Shown: positions 1 to 12,800 of the stretch, in pieces
Numbering within the stretch: the first letter of the stretch is position 1
Layout: the number at the start of each line of letters is the position of its first letter
Source of the DNA: Vicugna vicugna
Lineage: Eukaryota
Direction: 5' to 3'
DNA: 43,752 nt
Assembly: GCA_013265495.1 (NCBI GenBank)
Contig: MU058582.1
Coordinates: forward strand, 124,001 to 167,752
Notes under the pieces: generated by a model
What the model was told of the DNA's origin: nothing
What the model saw: the letters and a program-made list of their open reading frames with translations, nothing else
Databases searched by the model: none
Position numbers and translations under genes: made by a program

Positions 1-761
1 TTGTTTAAAGTGTATCTTATGTCAACAGCACAGTATTTGGACTTTGCAGGAAGTGGCTATTTCTACTCGATTAAAAAACTGTTGCTGATTTAGGAGGGAT
101 TTTGTTCATTTATAATGCCTCTGGGATTTTTTATTTTGAAAGTAATAGATGTTGGTTGTAAAAAGAAAAAGTTACAATCCATGCATAAAACTTGAACTTT
201 TCTCCCCATTCCTTTTCTATAACTATGATTCCAGTCCCCAGAAGTATTTTTTATAAATATACTACCAGAATTACTCCTATCTACACATAAACATACATGT
301 ACAGGAGTGTAAAATGTATACACAAACTTTTGATGAAGTTATAAGTATTGTTTACCTTATTTTTATCACTCCATAGAGCTGCTTTATTCTTTCTGTGTGC
401 TATATTGCATTTCATCACATTCATGTTCCTTAGTATTTTAACCAGTCTCTCATAATCAGATTGTTAGTATTTTTTAATTACTTCAAACATTAATCAAATT
501 AAACTTCTGCTAATATTTCTGCAACTGCAGAGAAGCCCGTGGGCATGTGGAGGGTGGCAGCGGAAGAAGGTGGTTGTGCTGTTCAATTTATCCCTTTTCG
601 CTTGCCTTCATGTAGGAGAAACACAAGTGGGATTCTGCACAGGGTGTAATCCCTTTAGAGAAAATTCAAAATTCAGTTTGAGTTTACATTTGTGAAAATT
701 AGTTCTTGGAGTTGGACTGAGAGTTCTTAGTTCTGATCTGTCCTTGTCTTTTGATTTTCAG

Positions 762-866
762 ATAGGTGCTTTTCTTTTTGCCTCAAATATGGGCGCTGGC
801 CACGTTATGGGCCTGGCTGGAAAAGGAGCGACTTCAGGGATTGCAATTGGGGCCTTCGAGTGGATT
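762..866 (+). CDS. SLC5A-like exon 3 equivalent: [35 protein letters not shown]
   Basis: ttttcag acceptor, gtaagt donor, 105 nt; TM1-2 motif with N78/H83/E102 equivalents. Confidence 0.95.
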
Positions 867-3800
867 GTAAGTAGTACTTTTTGTAGTAGCTAACCTCCAC
901 CTTTATCATTGTCCAAATAAAAACTTGCTTTCAACCTTAAGTAAATATTAAAGACTCCTTTAGAAGTCATGGAAGAAGAGACCAAGTCTTTGATTTCTCA
1001 AAAAAATAGTGCCAGTTTTCATTCTTCTTTGTAAATTTATGAGGAGGTAGAGAATGTTTACATTCCAAGGATCATAGGAATACAGTTAGGAGACTAGCCA
1101 GGTAAGGAAAAGATCACATTAATGCTGAAATATATATGTACATAAACATTTATGTACATATACGTACGTTTATATGTGTATAGAGACTTACATGTATATG
1201 TGTGTGTATATATGTCTGTATGTGTACATTTGCAGTATACAGTTCACCCTTGAGCAACACGGGTTTGAACAGCTCAGGTCCACTTATATGCAGATTTTTT
1301 TTCAATAAATATAGCACCCATATTTTCATTTCACAGATTTTTAAGCTGACGAGGTGTGAGAGAAAGTTTGTGTTCAATTAGAGATCACAATATGTGGAAT
1401 CAAAAGAACTAGGTTTAGAGTCCGATTCTGTCCAGGCTGTTTCAGCTTCCTACCTTTGGGTGTCATTTATCAATTCCTTTGTTTTTGAGGCAGACATAGC
1501 ATTACACAGATTTTGACTATGTGGGGGTCATGGTCCCTAACCCCCACATTGTTCAAGGGTCAGCTTAGCTCTTTGAGATATTCTACAGGTTACTACAGAG
1601 CTCCTAATTGATCTCTTACGAATACCAGGCTTCAACTCTCAAGCTTATAAAATACATTATTTATCTGAACTGTGGAGTCTATTTGTGGTAGGGCGTAGAC
1701 TTTGTTCACCTAAATCAGAAGTGAATTTGTAAGTCTTGGATTTGTTAACCTATCTATATAAATCACTTGATCTTTTTTTTTTTTTTCAAATAAATCAGAA
1801 TGCTCCCTACTTTCTGGGTCTCATCTTTCTTCTGGTAGACTACAAATAAAGAACACTTCTAGCAGAGTCAGTTGCAAACCTAGTAAGAAACCCTGGTCTT
1901 TGCCACCCTATACCTCTCAGAATTTACTGGCATCTCCTTCATATATTCAACTTACTTACCCCTTTTTTGTAAAGAAAGCCAGAGCCAATGTATTACTTAA
2001 TTTCAATAACTTGTGTGCATTTGGGTATAGTTTCTCTACCATTTCTCTTAATGGTTTCTGATTTTTTAAAACTATCAAATGCCTATAAGTTGGGTTTATT
2101 TTACTGGAAAGGATATGTTTGGGCTGTTATTTGCAAGGTCCCCAGTAGTGATAGATTTATTACGCTCCAAACAGATAGTAACTGAGCCTGCATCTTATTT
2201 AGGAGCATGGCCTCGCTGGGACCCTGAAGTAATCCTTCTTCTCTTGGTTTCAGGCTCCGTTTATGCTCTGTCTTCTTGGCTGGATAGTTTCTCCTATTTA
2301 CACTAGGACTGGGGTGAGTCTCTATTTCTCTATTATCAGTTACTCTTCTCTACAATGTTTTTTCTTACAAATGTTGCATATGTACATACAATCATCCTGG
2401 AGGACAAGTTGAACTTCTGCCTTTTGATCCCTGTACCAACTTCCCTGAATCCTAAGAAATGCCTGAAGTAACATCATTCTGAGTCAACTGGGTCAACAGA
2501 AGCCAGGACTGCCCACTGTTTCACTCTGGACCTTACTCAAGAGTTCACATCTTAAGGCTTTATAGAAAACATACTAAAACTTTACTAAAAAATAAGACCT
2601 AAATAAATGAAGAAAACAGCTCTGTTAATGATTGGAAGACAACAGCCTAAAAGTGTTTGTTCTCCCCAGATGCAAAAGAGGATATTCTGAGGAACCTGAC
2701 AAGCTGATTCTGAAATGCATGTAGGAGATAAGGGGACAGCAGAGAAGAAACCATTCAGGCCCACCGTCCATGGGCCGCATGGGGTGATGTCATCAACATG
2801 GTGGAATAAGAGCTTTCTGTCTCTCCCCAAAGAACACCGATTTACACAGTCACCCATGAACGGGAGGGCCTTTGTGGAGGTACACAGGTCCAGTGGAGAC
2901 ATTCTAGCTTGCCACTGGAGGGGAAAAATCGAAGGCTGGGCACACTGAAGAGGGTAATAGGGATAGTTTCCCTTTACCCACGTCCCCCGTCCCCCGAGGT
3001 GGCACAGCTCGGCACCAAGAGAGACTCAGCCTGAGAGTTCTCTCACAGAGGAAAGGGAGAGCGGGTGATGAGGGCCCAGCTGCTCTAGCTGTGCAGGGTG
3101 CTGCCAAGAAGACCTACTTCTTCCTTAACCCATCTGGAATCCTGAGGGGTGCTACATGACCAGGGAAAAGGGGGAGTGGTTGAGAGGACAGCACCCAGGG
3201 CTCTCAGATGGCATCAAAGGAACAAAAATCCTCCTAACCCCTCACAGACTCTTTTAGGAAGCCTGCCAGTGAGCTGCTGGGGACTCCTCACCTGCAGATC
3301 TCCCCAAATGGCCCAGACACCCCAACATTCTGCATGCCTCACCCATACTCCCCTCCACCCCGTGGCCAGCTCCCTTTGCTTACCACCCAGGGTGGCAGTG
3401 TTGAGCCCTGGCAGAGAGCTGGTGAGCTCATGCAGAGAGCCAGCCGGACTCTGTGGGGCTGGGAAAGCACAGGCACTTGAGCACTCAGGACCGCCCTAGG
3501 GAAAGCAGGCAAACCGGAGGCTGTCAGCACGCAGCCTGGCTTTGTAGGATCAAGACATTTGACCCTAAGATTTCCCCCATGAGACAGAACAAGCAGTGTG
3601 AAGCGCGTGTGTCCACAGGAAAGGTCTGAGAAGCCTCAGAATCCCTAGCAGGACTGATGGAAGGTATTTCTCTCCAAAAGCCAGTCAGTGAAAACTGGAG
3701 GTGACGACTGCTTCCTCAAATGCAGACACAGCAACCCAGGACTTCAAGGGACATAAGAAGTCAAGGAAACATGACACCACCAAAGGAACTCAATAATTTT

Positions 3801-6800
3801 CCAGTAACCAACCCCAGAGATACGAGTATCTGAGATTTGCCCGGTAAAGAGTTCAGTTTGAAGGAAGCTCAGTGGGCTAGAGGAAAACAGAAAGACAGTA
3901 CAATGAAATCAGGAAAACAATACACAAACAAAATGAGAAGCTTAACAGAGAAACAGAAACAAAAAAGAAACATTCTGGAGCTGAAGATTACAATGAATGA
4001 AATGAAAAATGCAATAGAGAGCATGGATACCAGACTTTGTACAGAGGAAGAAAGACTCTGTGAACTCAGAGTTAGGTCATCGAAAATGATCCAGTCGGAG
4101 GAAAACAAAGAAAAGAGAACGAGAAAGACTGAAGAAGGCCTGCATGAACTGTGGGACACCACTGACAGAAACAAGCCACACATTGTTGGAGTCCCAGAAG
4201 GAGAAGAGGACAGAAAGCTTATTTAAAGATTGAGAACTTCCCAAATCTGAGGACGGATTTGAATATCCAAGATCATGAAGCTCATAGGTTCCCCCAGATT
4301 TTAACCCCAAACTGTCTTCTCCAACACACATTATAACACAACTGTCTACAATCAAAGAGAAAAATTTTAAAGCAGCAAAAGAAAAAGAATTCCTCACATA
4401 CAAGGGGACCCCCATATGGCTATCGGCAGATTTCTCAGCAGAAGGCTTGCAGGCCAGTCTTTTTTTTTTAATTAAAAAAAAAACTTATTGCCCAAAAAAA
4501 AAGAAGAAGAAGTGATTGAGCAGGTGAAGATTTCTTAGGACACAAAAAGCACAAACCATAAAGGAAGAAATTGATATAGTGGACTTCAAAGTAAAACTCT
4601 AAACTTTAACTCTTTGAAAGATATTTTTAAGAAAATGAAAAGTTGAGGGAGGCCATAGCTCAGTGGTAAGAGTGCTTGCTTAGTATGCATGAGGTCCTGG
4701 GTTCAATCTCCAGTCCCTCCATTAAAAAAATAAATAAATAAACCTAATTACCCCTCTAAGAATTTTTTTTAAATAAATAAGTTTTTTAAAAAATGAAAAG
4801 TCAAGCTTAGAGACTAGGAAGGAGTATTTGTAGAACATTTTTAAAAGACATATCCTGAATATATGCATATATATATATTTCTTGAAACTCTTATATCATA
4901 GGAAAAAAATTTCACTGAAGAAAGTAAATATGTAAATGACAAATAATCCTATGAAAAGATGTTCACTATCATTGATCTTTAGGAAAATGCTACTTAAAAT
5001 AAGATCCCACACGCACTCACTAGAATGGCTGAGACTAAAAAGACTGGCTCTGCCAAGAGCTGGCAAGGCCGGGGGGCACCTGGGATGCGTACGTGTCCAC
5101 ATTGGACAACAGGTTGACTGTTTCTCATCCAGTTACACCTGAGGTCCCAGCCACTCAGTTCCTGGTTATGGCACTTGACCCCGCCCCAGAGAAGTGGGAG
5201 GTGGAAGCGCACATCCTCACACAGACTGGTGCACGAAGCTCACAGCACTTTCAGCTGAAAACAGCGCACCCAGAAACAGTGTGGACAGGATAGGAGGGTG
5301 GCAGACAGCATGCCACATGGTGCTCCAGGTGAACCACGGGGGCCGTGTGGGGAGAAGGAAGCAGGGCTTAGGCCAGCGTTCCGTGGGGTGGGTTGATTTC
5401 GGCTCCAGGAAAGGCAAGTCTGGGGACAGCTGGTGTCCAGGACCAGGGCGGTGAATGTCTTGGCCACAAGCCTTCGGGGATTCTGAGGGGCTGGGAAATA
5501 AATGCCTTATATCTTGAGTGTGGTGGTGGTCACACAACTGTATACATTTCCCCAAACTTATCAGACTTTACACTTAAAATGAGATAATTTTACTGTGTGT
5601 AACCTATGCCTCATAAAACTGTTAAAATTTTAAAATATTTGTGGAGAGGACATTAGAATTCTGAAAGGCCTATTTGCCAAACCATCTAATGCTTGCAATT
5701 GTGAGGCCATGATCCCAGGAAAAACGCCTCAGATTGTGACTGTATTTTGAGATAGTCTTTAAAGAAGGGATTAAGGTAAAATGAAGTTGTTAGAATAGTC
5801 CTAATGCAGTATGGGAGAGGAGGAGGCCAGACACAGACCCGTACAGAGGGAAGGCAACAGGCGGGCACAGAGAGGGGACGGCCATCAGCAAGCCGGGGAG
5901 GCCTCGCACACAGCCTTCTCTTACAGCCCGGAGGGACCCAGCCCTGCAGACACCTTGAACTTCCAGGCTCCGGAGCTGTTGTGTGAGCCTCTGTCAGTCT
6001 GCCGTTGTCAGTGATGGCAGTGCTAGCAAACTGATGCCAGTGGTGAGTGTGAAATGATTCAGAGCCTGCCTGAGGAAGTCACCACAGCATATGATTAAGA
6101 ACCAGACAAGCTGAAAAGAATAAAAGCTGTAGATGTTTAGGAGAGGGCTCACAGCCCCTGTGCAGCAGGAGGAATTTGCACGTGTGAGGAAGGGGGCAAG
6201 AGCGCAGGAGGATGTGGGGACGGGTGGGGTGGTGGGCTATTCACTATGATTTATCCACCTCTGTGAGCCCATCACTGTGCTTGGGTCCAGGCAGCTTATG
6301 AGCAAGGAGGGCCTGCCCCCCGCCGGGTGCACTGCCTGAGTGGGCTGTTTGGGGCAGGAGCTCTCTCACACGGGCGACGTTGGCACAGGGGACCAGGTCC
6401 CAGAGCTGTGGAGTCCTGTCATCCTTGAGCCCTTGGTATATTTGTCATATGTGGTAAAGCATTTGATTTTGCTGTACAATTATTTTATGAAAGTGATTTG
6501 TCATCATTAGACATACTTAGCCGGATTTCCTTCTGCTTTCCAGAGATCGAATAGGAAGCTAGGTTCCAAGCTTCTTGAAGACGGCACTGTTGCCTCTCCT
6601 TTCTTATTTCTCCTGTCTTAACATGTGTCCAAGTAACGCAAAGCTGGAGTAGGTGACTCTGCATCTTGTACCTGGGCCGCTGCCCTGATTGGCTGCGTCT
6701 CTGTGACAACCAGTCCCTGTGAGCACTCTGTCTGATGGTGACTTCTCTTGTTGCTCCTACAGGTAGTGACGTTGCCCAGATACTTGAGGAAGAGGTTTGG

Positions 6801-9800
6801 TAGCTGCCGGATCCAGATGCTCCTCGCTGTTCTGTACTTAATCATCTATATCTTCAGTAAGATCTTGGTGAGCTGTGTGAACGCCAGCCCAAGGATGAAA
6901 AACAAACAGCAGACCAAATCAGTAGGCAGGGCTAAGCTAGATCTATCCCAGCAGTTCATTCCAGGGCCCCATGAGTTACTTGCTGGCCTCTGTGGTCTAA
7001 GCTAAAGTGGAGAGAAAATAGCTTAATAATACATAGAATGAAAGGCAGAGGCATCTTCTTTGCTTCCCAAGCCTGGTTACAGGCCCCTCCTCTGTATTCC
7101 CAGAGAACCTTGGGCTTACCCGTGTCATGTCATTAGGTGTTGTCACTCCCCTGCTTAAAACAGTCCAGGCATTGCCACCACCCCTACAAGAGACCTGAGC
7201 CCCTTGTTACGACCTGTGAGACTGTCCGTCCTGGCCCTGCCTCCAGCCTTGGCTCCCTGTGACCTCCCCTGTACTCACAGGATTGTTTCCCAACTCCAGT
7301 GAGCTGTTCCACTTGAAGCCCTTGATATGTGCTCTGGAATGTTCTTCCCCCCAGATTTTTCCAATGTCACCTCAATGGATGTGCCCAGTCAGTCTCTGCT
7401 CTGTTACTCTGTTTCTGCTTCCTGTGTAATACTTGCCGCCACATGAGAGAAGTCACCTATCCCCTTGCCGTCAGTGTCTGCTCCACTCCGGTGCGAGCTG
7501 CTGGAGCCCAAGGCCTTGCCCGGCTCATGCCGACAGTCCCCCTGTGCCGAGAACATGTGGAGCAGGAGGCATTTGTGAAGTGTCATTCTGAGTGACTGAG
7601 TGAGTGTCGCTGTCACACTGCCTGGAAATTACCCATTTGGTGGTCTTTCTCCTTCATTATACATCAGCTGCTTGAAGACGGTGACTGAGTTTTGGGAAGT
7701 CTGTGTCTTCTGAACCCTGCCAAGTACCTGCAAGGCTGGTGCTCAGAAAACATTCGGTGCATAAGTGGGTGTGTCGGGGGAGTCTCTGCCCATTGAGCCC
7801 CTGGCTGTGAGCTCCGGAGTAGCAAGTGCAGGTGCTTCAGCATCACTGTCGGCCAAGCCTGCAAAACAAACCCAGCCCCCGGGCCAAGCGGCCTGGTGGT
7901 CTGCTTTGTACGGTCCTTCAGCTAAGAAGGGTTTTTACAGTTTGAAAGGGTCTTAAAAACCAGAAATGATCTGTGTCTCACCAAGCCTATGGCGTTTACT
8001 GTCTGTCCCTTAACAGGGAAGGCTTGCCAGCGCCTGATGAGCCGTCACCTCTGCTCTTCCCACTGGCAAGCGGCAGGGACAGCTCACCCTCTGAGCACAC
8101 TCCCCACTCTGAGGCTCCAGACAGGAGGAGCTAAGTTGCATTAACTGGATTAATCGGGTTAACTCAAGCCTTAAAGGTGCTGACTTCGCTGAACTCGACA
8201 GGGCCCCGGCCTTGCCACCCAGAAGAACCTGGGTAGACCTCACCCCATGTCCACAAGGGATGGAGTGGACATGCAGATGGCCTCTGAGGTCAGTGTTTCC
8301 ATGGGATGACGGTCAGCCAAGCTGCCTCTGTGCTCTTTCCAGGTGGAGATCTGCATGGGCGCCACGTTCATGAGGCTGGTGCTGGGCGTGGATGTGTGCC
8401 TGGCCACTGTAGTCTTGCTGACGGTTACTGGCATTTATGCCGTCACAGGTGAGGTTACTCCAGCCACGCAGGTGTTTGTACTGACACTGCAGCTCTACTT
8501 CTTAGTGGAGTCCTGCAAGACATTGAGGCAGAGGTCTCCAGCTTTTACATGTCCCTGAGTCTGTAAGTCACATTGCTGAGGCCCAAAAGGGCCTTGAAAA
8601 TAATCAAGGCAGGGGTGCCAGAGTGGCGTCCTACCCCTGGAGATTGTATCGGGCTTGCGGGGCTTTCCAAGGGGATTGGCCCGGCCGGCAGTAATGGTGT
8701 TTAGGGCAGGGCAGGCCTTTCATTGCAGGCTGCCGGTGAAGGAACGGGAGCACAGAGAGGGAATGAGGGGAGGTGGCAACTTCAGGTCATCCTGCTTACC
8801 TGCTTACCTGGTAACCTGGTCAGGCCAGCAGAGGGGCTCTTTTACGTAGACAGTTCTGTCCTGGAGAGCCTCTGCCTAGGCTGTGAGAGTGGAGCCCTCG
8901 TCCCTTGTGTGTTCCAGCCACTGCACATCTTGGATGCTGGTGGGTGCCCCTGGCAGTTCTTCCAGGTGCAGGAGAACCAGGGCAGACAGTGCGGTGCATG
9001 CAGTCAGTGGATCTTTATGCAGGGGAGTGGGGGGCGTTCTGCCCAGGGGATATTTGGAGTCACCTGGAGACATTTTTGGTCGTCACAGCTGGAGGGTGCT
9101 GCTGACATCCAGCAGTTCAAGGCCAGGGATGCTACTCCCTGTTGCTCCCAAGCCGAGATTTTATGATGAGAGACAGGTACGTCCCCCAACTTACACGGGA
9201 ACAACTTAGGATTTTTGACTCTATGATGGTGCAAAAGCCGCAGATATTCAGGAGAAACCATGCTTCCGGTTTTTAATTGGTTCTCTCTTGGGCTAACGAT
9301 ACGTGGCATGACGCCGCGGTAGTCCTGGGCAGGGGCAGCAGCCGCAGCCCCCCTCCGCCGCCCATCGCAAGGTGACAGCCACCCTGGACCCAGACAGCCA
9401 TCCAGTTTTCAGTGTGAGATTGAGTAAATAACATGAGACGGTCAGCATGTTATTATAAGACGGGCTCCGTGTGGGATGGCTTTGCCCAGCATAGGCTAAT
9501 GTGAGTGTTCTGAGCACATTCAGGGCAGGCCTGGCTAAGCCATGATGCTGGATAGGTGAGGTGTAGTCAATGCATTTTTGACTTAATGATATTTTAAGTT
9601 TATGGTGGGTTTGCCAGGACGTAACCCCATCATAAGTCAAGGAAAACTTGTACACTTTTTTTCACTTAGAAAACAGATTTTCATTCATCCAAACAATGGG
9701 AGGTAAATAGGGGGTTAGACAGGCAGGGTAAGAATCCACCAGCAGATCATGAAGGACGTTAAAGAGAGAAAACAGGCCGAGCTGGGACTGAGCATCGGCA

Positions 9801-12800
9801 GTTTAAGACCCAGTGAATTGAAGGGCGGAGGTGTGGACGTGCGGACGGGGGAGACGAGTGTGTGGGGCAGGCCTGCAGAAGTCACTTTCCGTGGGGTCAG
9901 GCCTGGCTCTCCTTCCTCTTTCTCTTGCCTATTCAGGTGGTTTTGCAGCCGTGGTCTATACTGATGTCCTACACACTGGCGTGGTGGTTCTGGGCTCAGT
10001 CTTATTGATGGGCTATGGTAAGTAAATCGCTGCCACACACCTTGACACTTTTCTTGATGGTACATATCTTGATGGTATGTTGTGTCACATAAATAAATCA
10101 TGCCCCCAGGTCCAAAACTTCTTACCAACCAGAGCTGCTGTATCCTTTACACACGTGCTTTGTGATGCGAGTGGTAGGCGCGTACTGAGTAGTAACGAGA
10201 ATCAGGTACCCTTAGGCATTTATCTGTATGGCCTTATTTAATCATCACACTCACCAGAAGGCATAACCACTTTTATTATCCTTATTTTACTGATAAGGAA
10301 GCCGAATTCCTCAGTTAAGTAACTTGTTCACGAAGCACACCAAGCAGAGGACTCAGCCTGGTCTCTAACGTCAAAGCCCCCAGTGTGCAGGCTTGCATGT
10401 TACCGTCCCTGCAGTGATAAGTCCCCTCTCCCTAGGGTGAAGGTTTCCCTCCACTAGCTGGGAGTAACTCAGTGAGGTTGGCAGTACCCACTGTTCCACG
10501 GGTCAGAGATTGGTCTTGCAGATAATCTAGAAAGAAAAGCTCTTAGCTCAGGTACTGAAAAATTATTGCAGCGTTGGAAGGATTATGATTCCATAGAGCA
10601 CACTGCCGAGCCCATGGAGTGAGGACAGATAGACGCGCACAGAACCACATACCCCGGTCTCACCATCCAGTCGGCACCAGTGCTCCATGGAGTGCACTCC
10701 GTGCTGTGCTGCTGGGACACATTGTACACCTCAGGCATAAGCCAAGGAATTTTTAAATGAGCTGGGAAGCAATGACTAATCTGAGTGACAAAAGTATAAA
10801 CTACAAAGCAAGCTAAGCCGTTGTGTTTACGTGCATGCTGCATGTTAAGTTTATCAACTTTATTAAAACCTGCCAAGACCATCCCAATTCTTGAGAATGA
10901 CATCCAGTTAAGTTTTAGGAGCAGGTGGAATATTCCATTTAATGTTATCAATTAGTATCTTAAATAATTACATATTGTTTACTGTTACAGACTGAATGTT
11001 TGTATCCCTCCAAACTCATAAGTTGAAATCCTAACCCCCAGTGTGACGGTATTAGGAGCTGGGGCCTTTGGGAAGTGATTAGGTCATGAGGGAAGAACCT
11101 TCATGAATGGCATTAGTGGCCTTATAAAGGAGACCCCAGGAGCTCCCTGGCCCTGCCACCATGTGAGGACACAGTGAGACCGTGGCCACCAGCCAGTCAG
11201 CCCGCACCGTGGCCTTGGCCTTCCCAGCCTCCAGAACTGGGAAGTAAATATTTGTAGTTTATAAGCCACCTAGCCCATGGCATTCCATTAGAGCAGCCTG
11301 CATAGACTAAGACATTTTCTGAGAAGTTTAATGGGTTTTTTTTAAATCAGGATATTTGCACTAGTTCTTTTGATAAGTAAAGTATTGGGAGGGGGTCGTT
11401 TTCTTTTAAAAATATATGTAAACTTATACATTCAAATGAATGTTGCCTTCAAACTAGTCATTGTGGGAACCCATGCAAATACAATTTTTTTTATATACAA
11501 TTTTTAGGTAATACATACACAATGTAAACACAAAAAAGGGTGCAGATTGAAATACTCATCACCCTTAGTTTCTCAGTTCGAGTCCCCAGAGACACTCAAT
11601 ATCATAGGTTTTGCGCCTACCCTTCCAGAGATGCCCTTCATACGTACTGGCCGACCTTGGAGATGCTATGGGTCTGGTTCCAGACCACAGCAGTGGAGCA
11701 AATGTCACAACAGAGTAAGTCACATGAATGCTTAGGTTTCCCAGTGCACATAAAGGTTGAGTTTATACTATGCTGTAATCTGCTAAGTGTGCAATAAATA
11801 GCATTATGTCCAAAAGCAAGGTACATGATTTAAAAATAATGCTGTTGGGAAAATGGCACTGATGGACCTGCTCAAAGCAGGGTTGCCACAAACCTTCAGT
11901 TTGTAAAAACAAAAACAAAAACAGAAACACAGTATCTGCAAGGTGCAGTAAAGCAAAACACAATAAAATGAGGTTTGCATGTGCAATTTATTTTATCTGT
12001 GAATCAGAACATTTTGCAGCCTGTTTTTCTCCCACTGAAACTCTATCTTAGGCAAATTTCTATATCAGCAAATAGAGATCTATTGCATCTTCTCTGTTTT
12101 TGTATTTGTAATAAACTTTTTATTAAAGAACGCACAAGTCAAAGTGCAGCTGGATGAAGTACCACAAAGTGAATACACCCTGGCAGCCAGAACCCAGGTC
12201 AGGAAGTTGCCTTTGTTGCCTTCCTTTCCAAACTTTATGCCTTTTGTTTCTTTTTCTTGCCTTGTTACACTGGCCAGGACCTCTAGTACAGTGTTGAAGT
12301 AGGGGCCTCAGGCATCCTTGTCTCATTCCCAATTTAAAGGAGAATATTTGATTAAATAAAATATTTCCTGTAGGTACTTTCTGTCATACTAACGTAGTTC
12401 CTATCTGTTCCTAGTTTGCTAAGATTGTTTATCGTGAGCAGGTTTTGAATTGTATCAAATGTTTTTTCCACACCTACTGAGCTGAATATATTGTTTTTCT
12501 TGGTTTTTTTTTTTAACACAGTAAATTACATTGACTTGGTTTTGAATGTTAACTCAATGTTGCACTCCTGGATTTGTCAAGAGATAGTCAAATCCCTCTC
12601 CAAAGTGGCTGTTTTAACTCATTTTATCAGAAATGTATGAGAAAATGTGTTTTCTAACCTCTCAGCCAACGCTTGATGTTTTAAGACTTTTTAGAAATAT
12701 GACCAATAGGTGAAGGGAAAAAAAAGTATCTCATTTTTGTTTCAATTTGAAGTTTCCAGGTGCCAGTGAGGTTGAGCATCTTTTCATACACTTAGTGGCC

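Noticed and set aside
1..70. Possible exon 2 (tttgcaggaagt reads FAGS, like FLAGRS)
   Set aside because: No WWP or donor context; the sequence resembles antisense L1 ORF2. Exons 1-2 must be upstream of the window.
4644..4722. tRNA-Ala gene (also 27688-27768)
   Set aside because: Broken stems, a shared AT-rich tail and TSDs show these are SINEs
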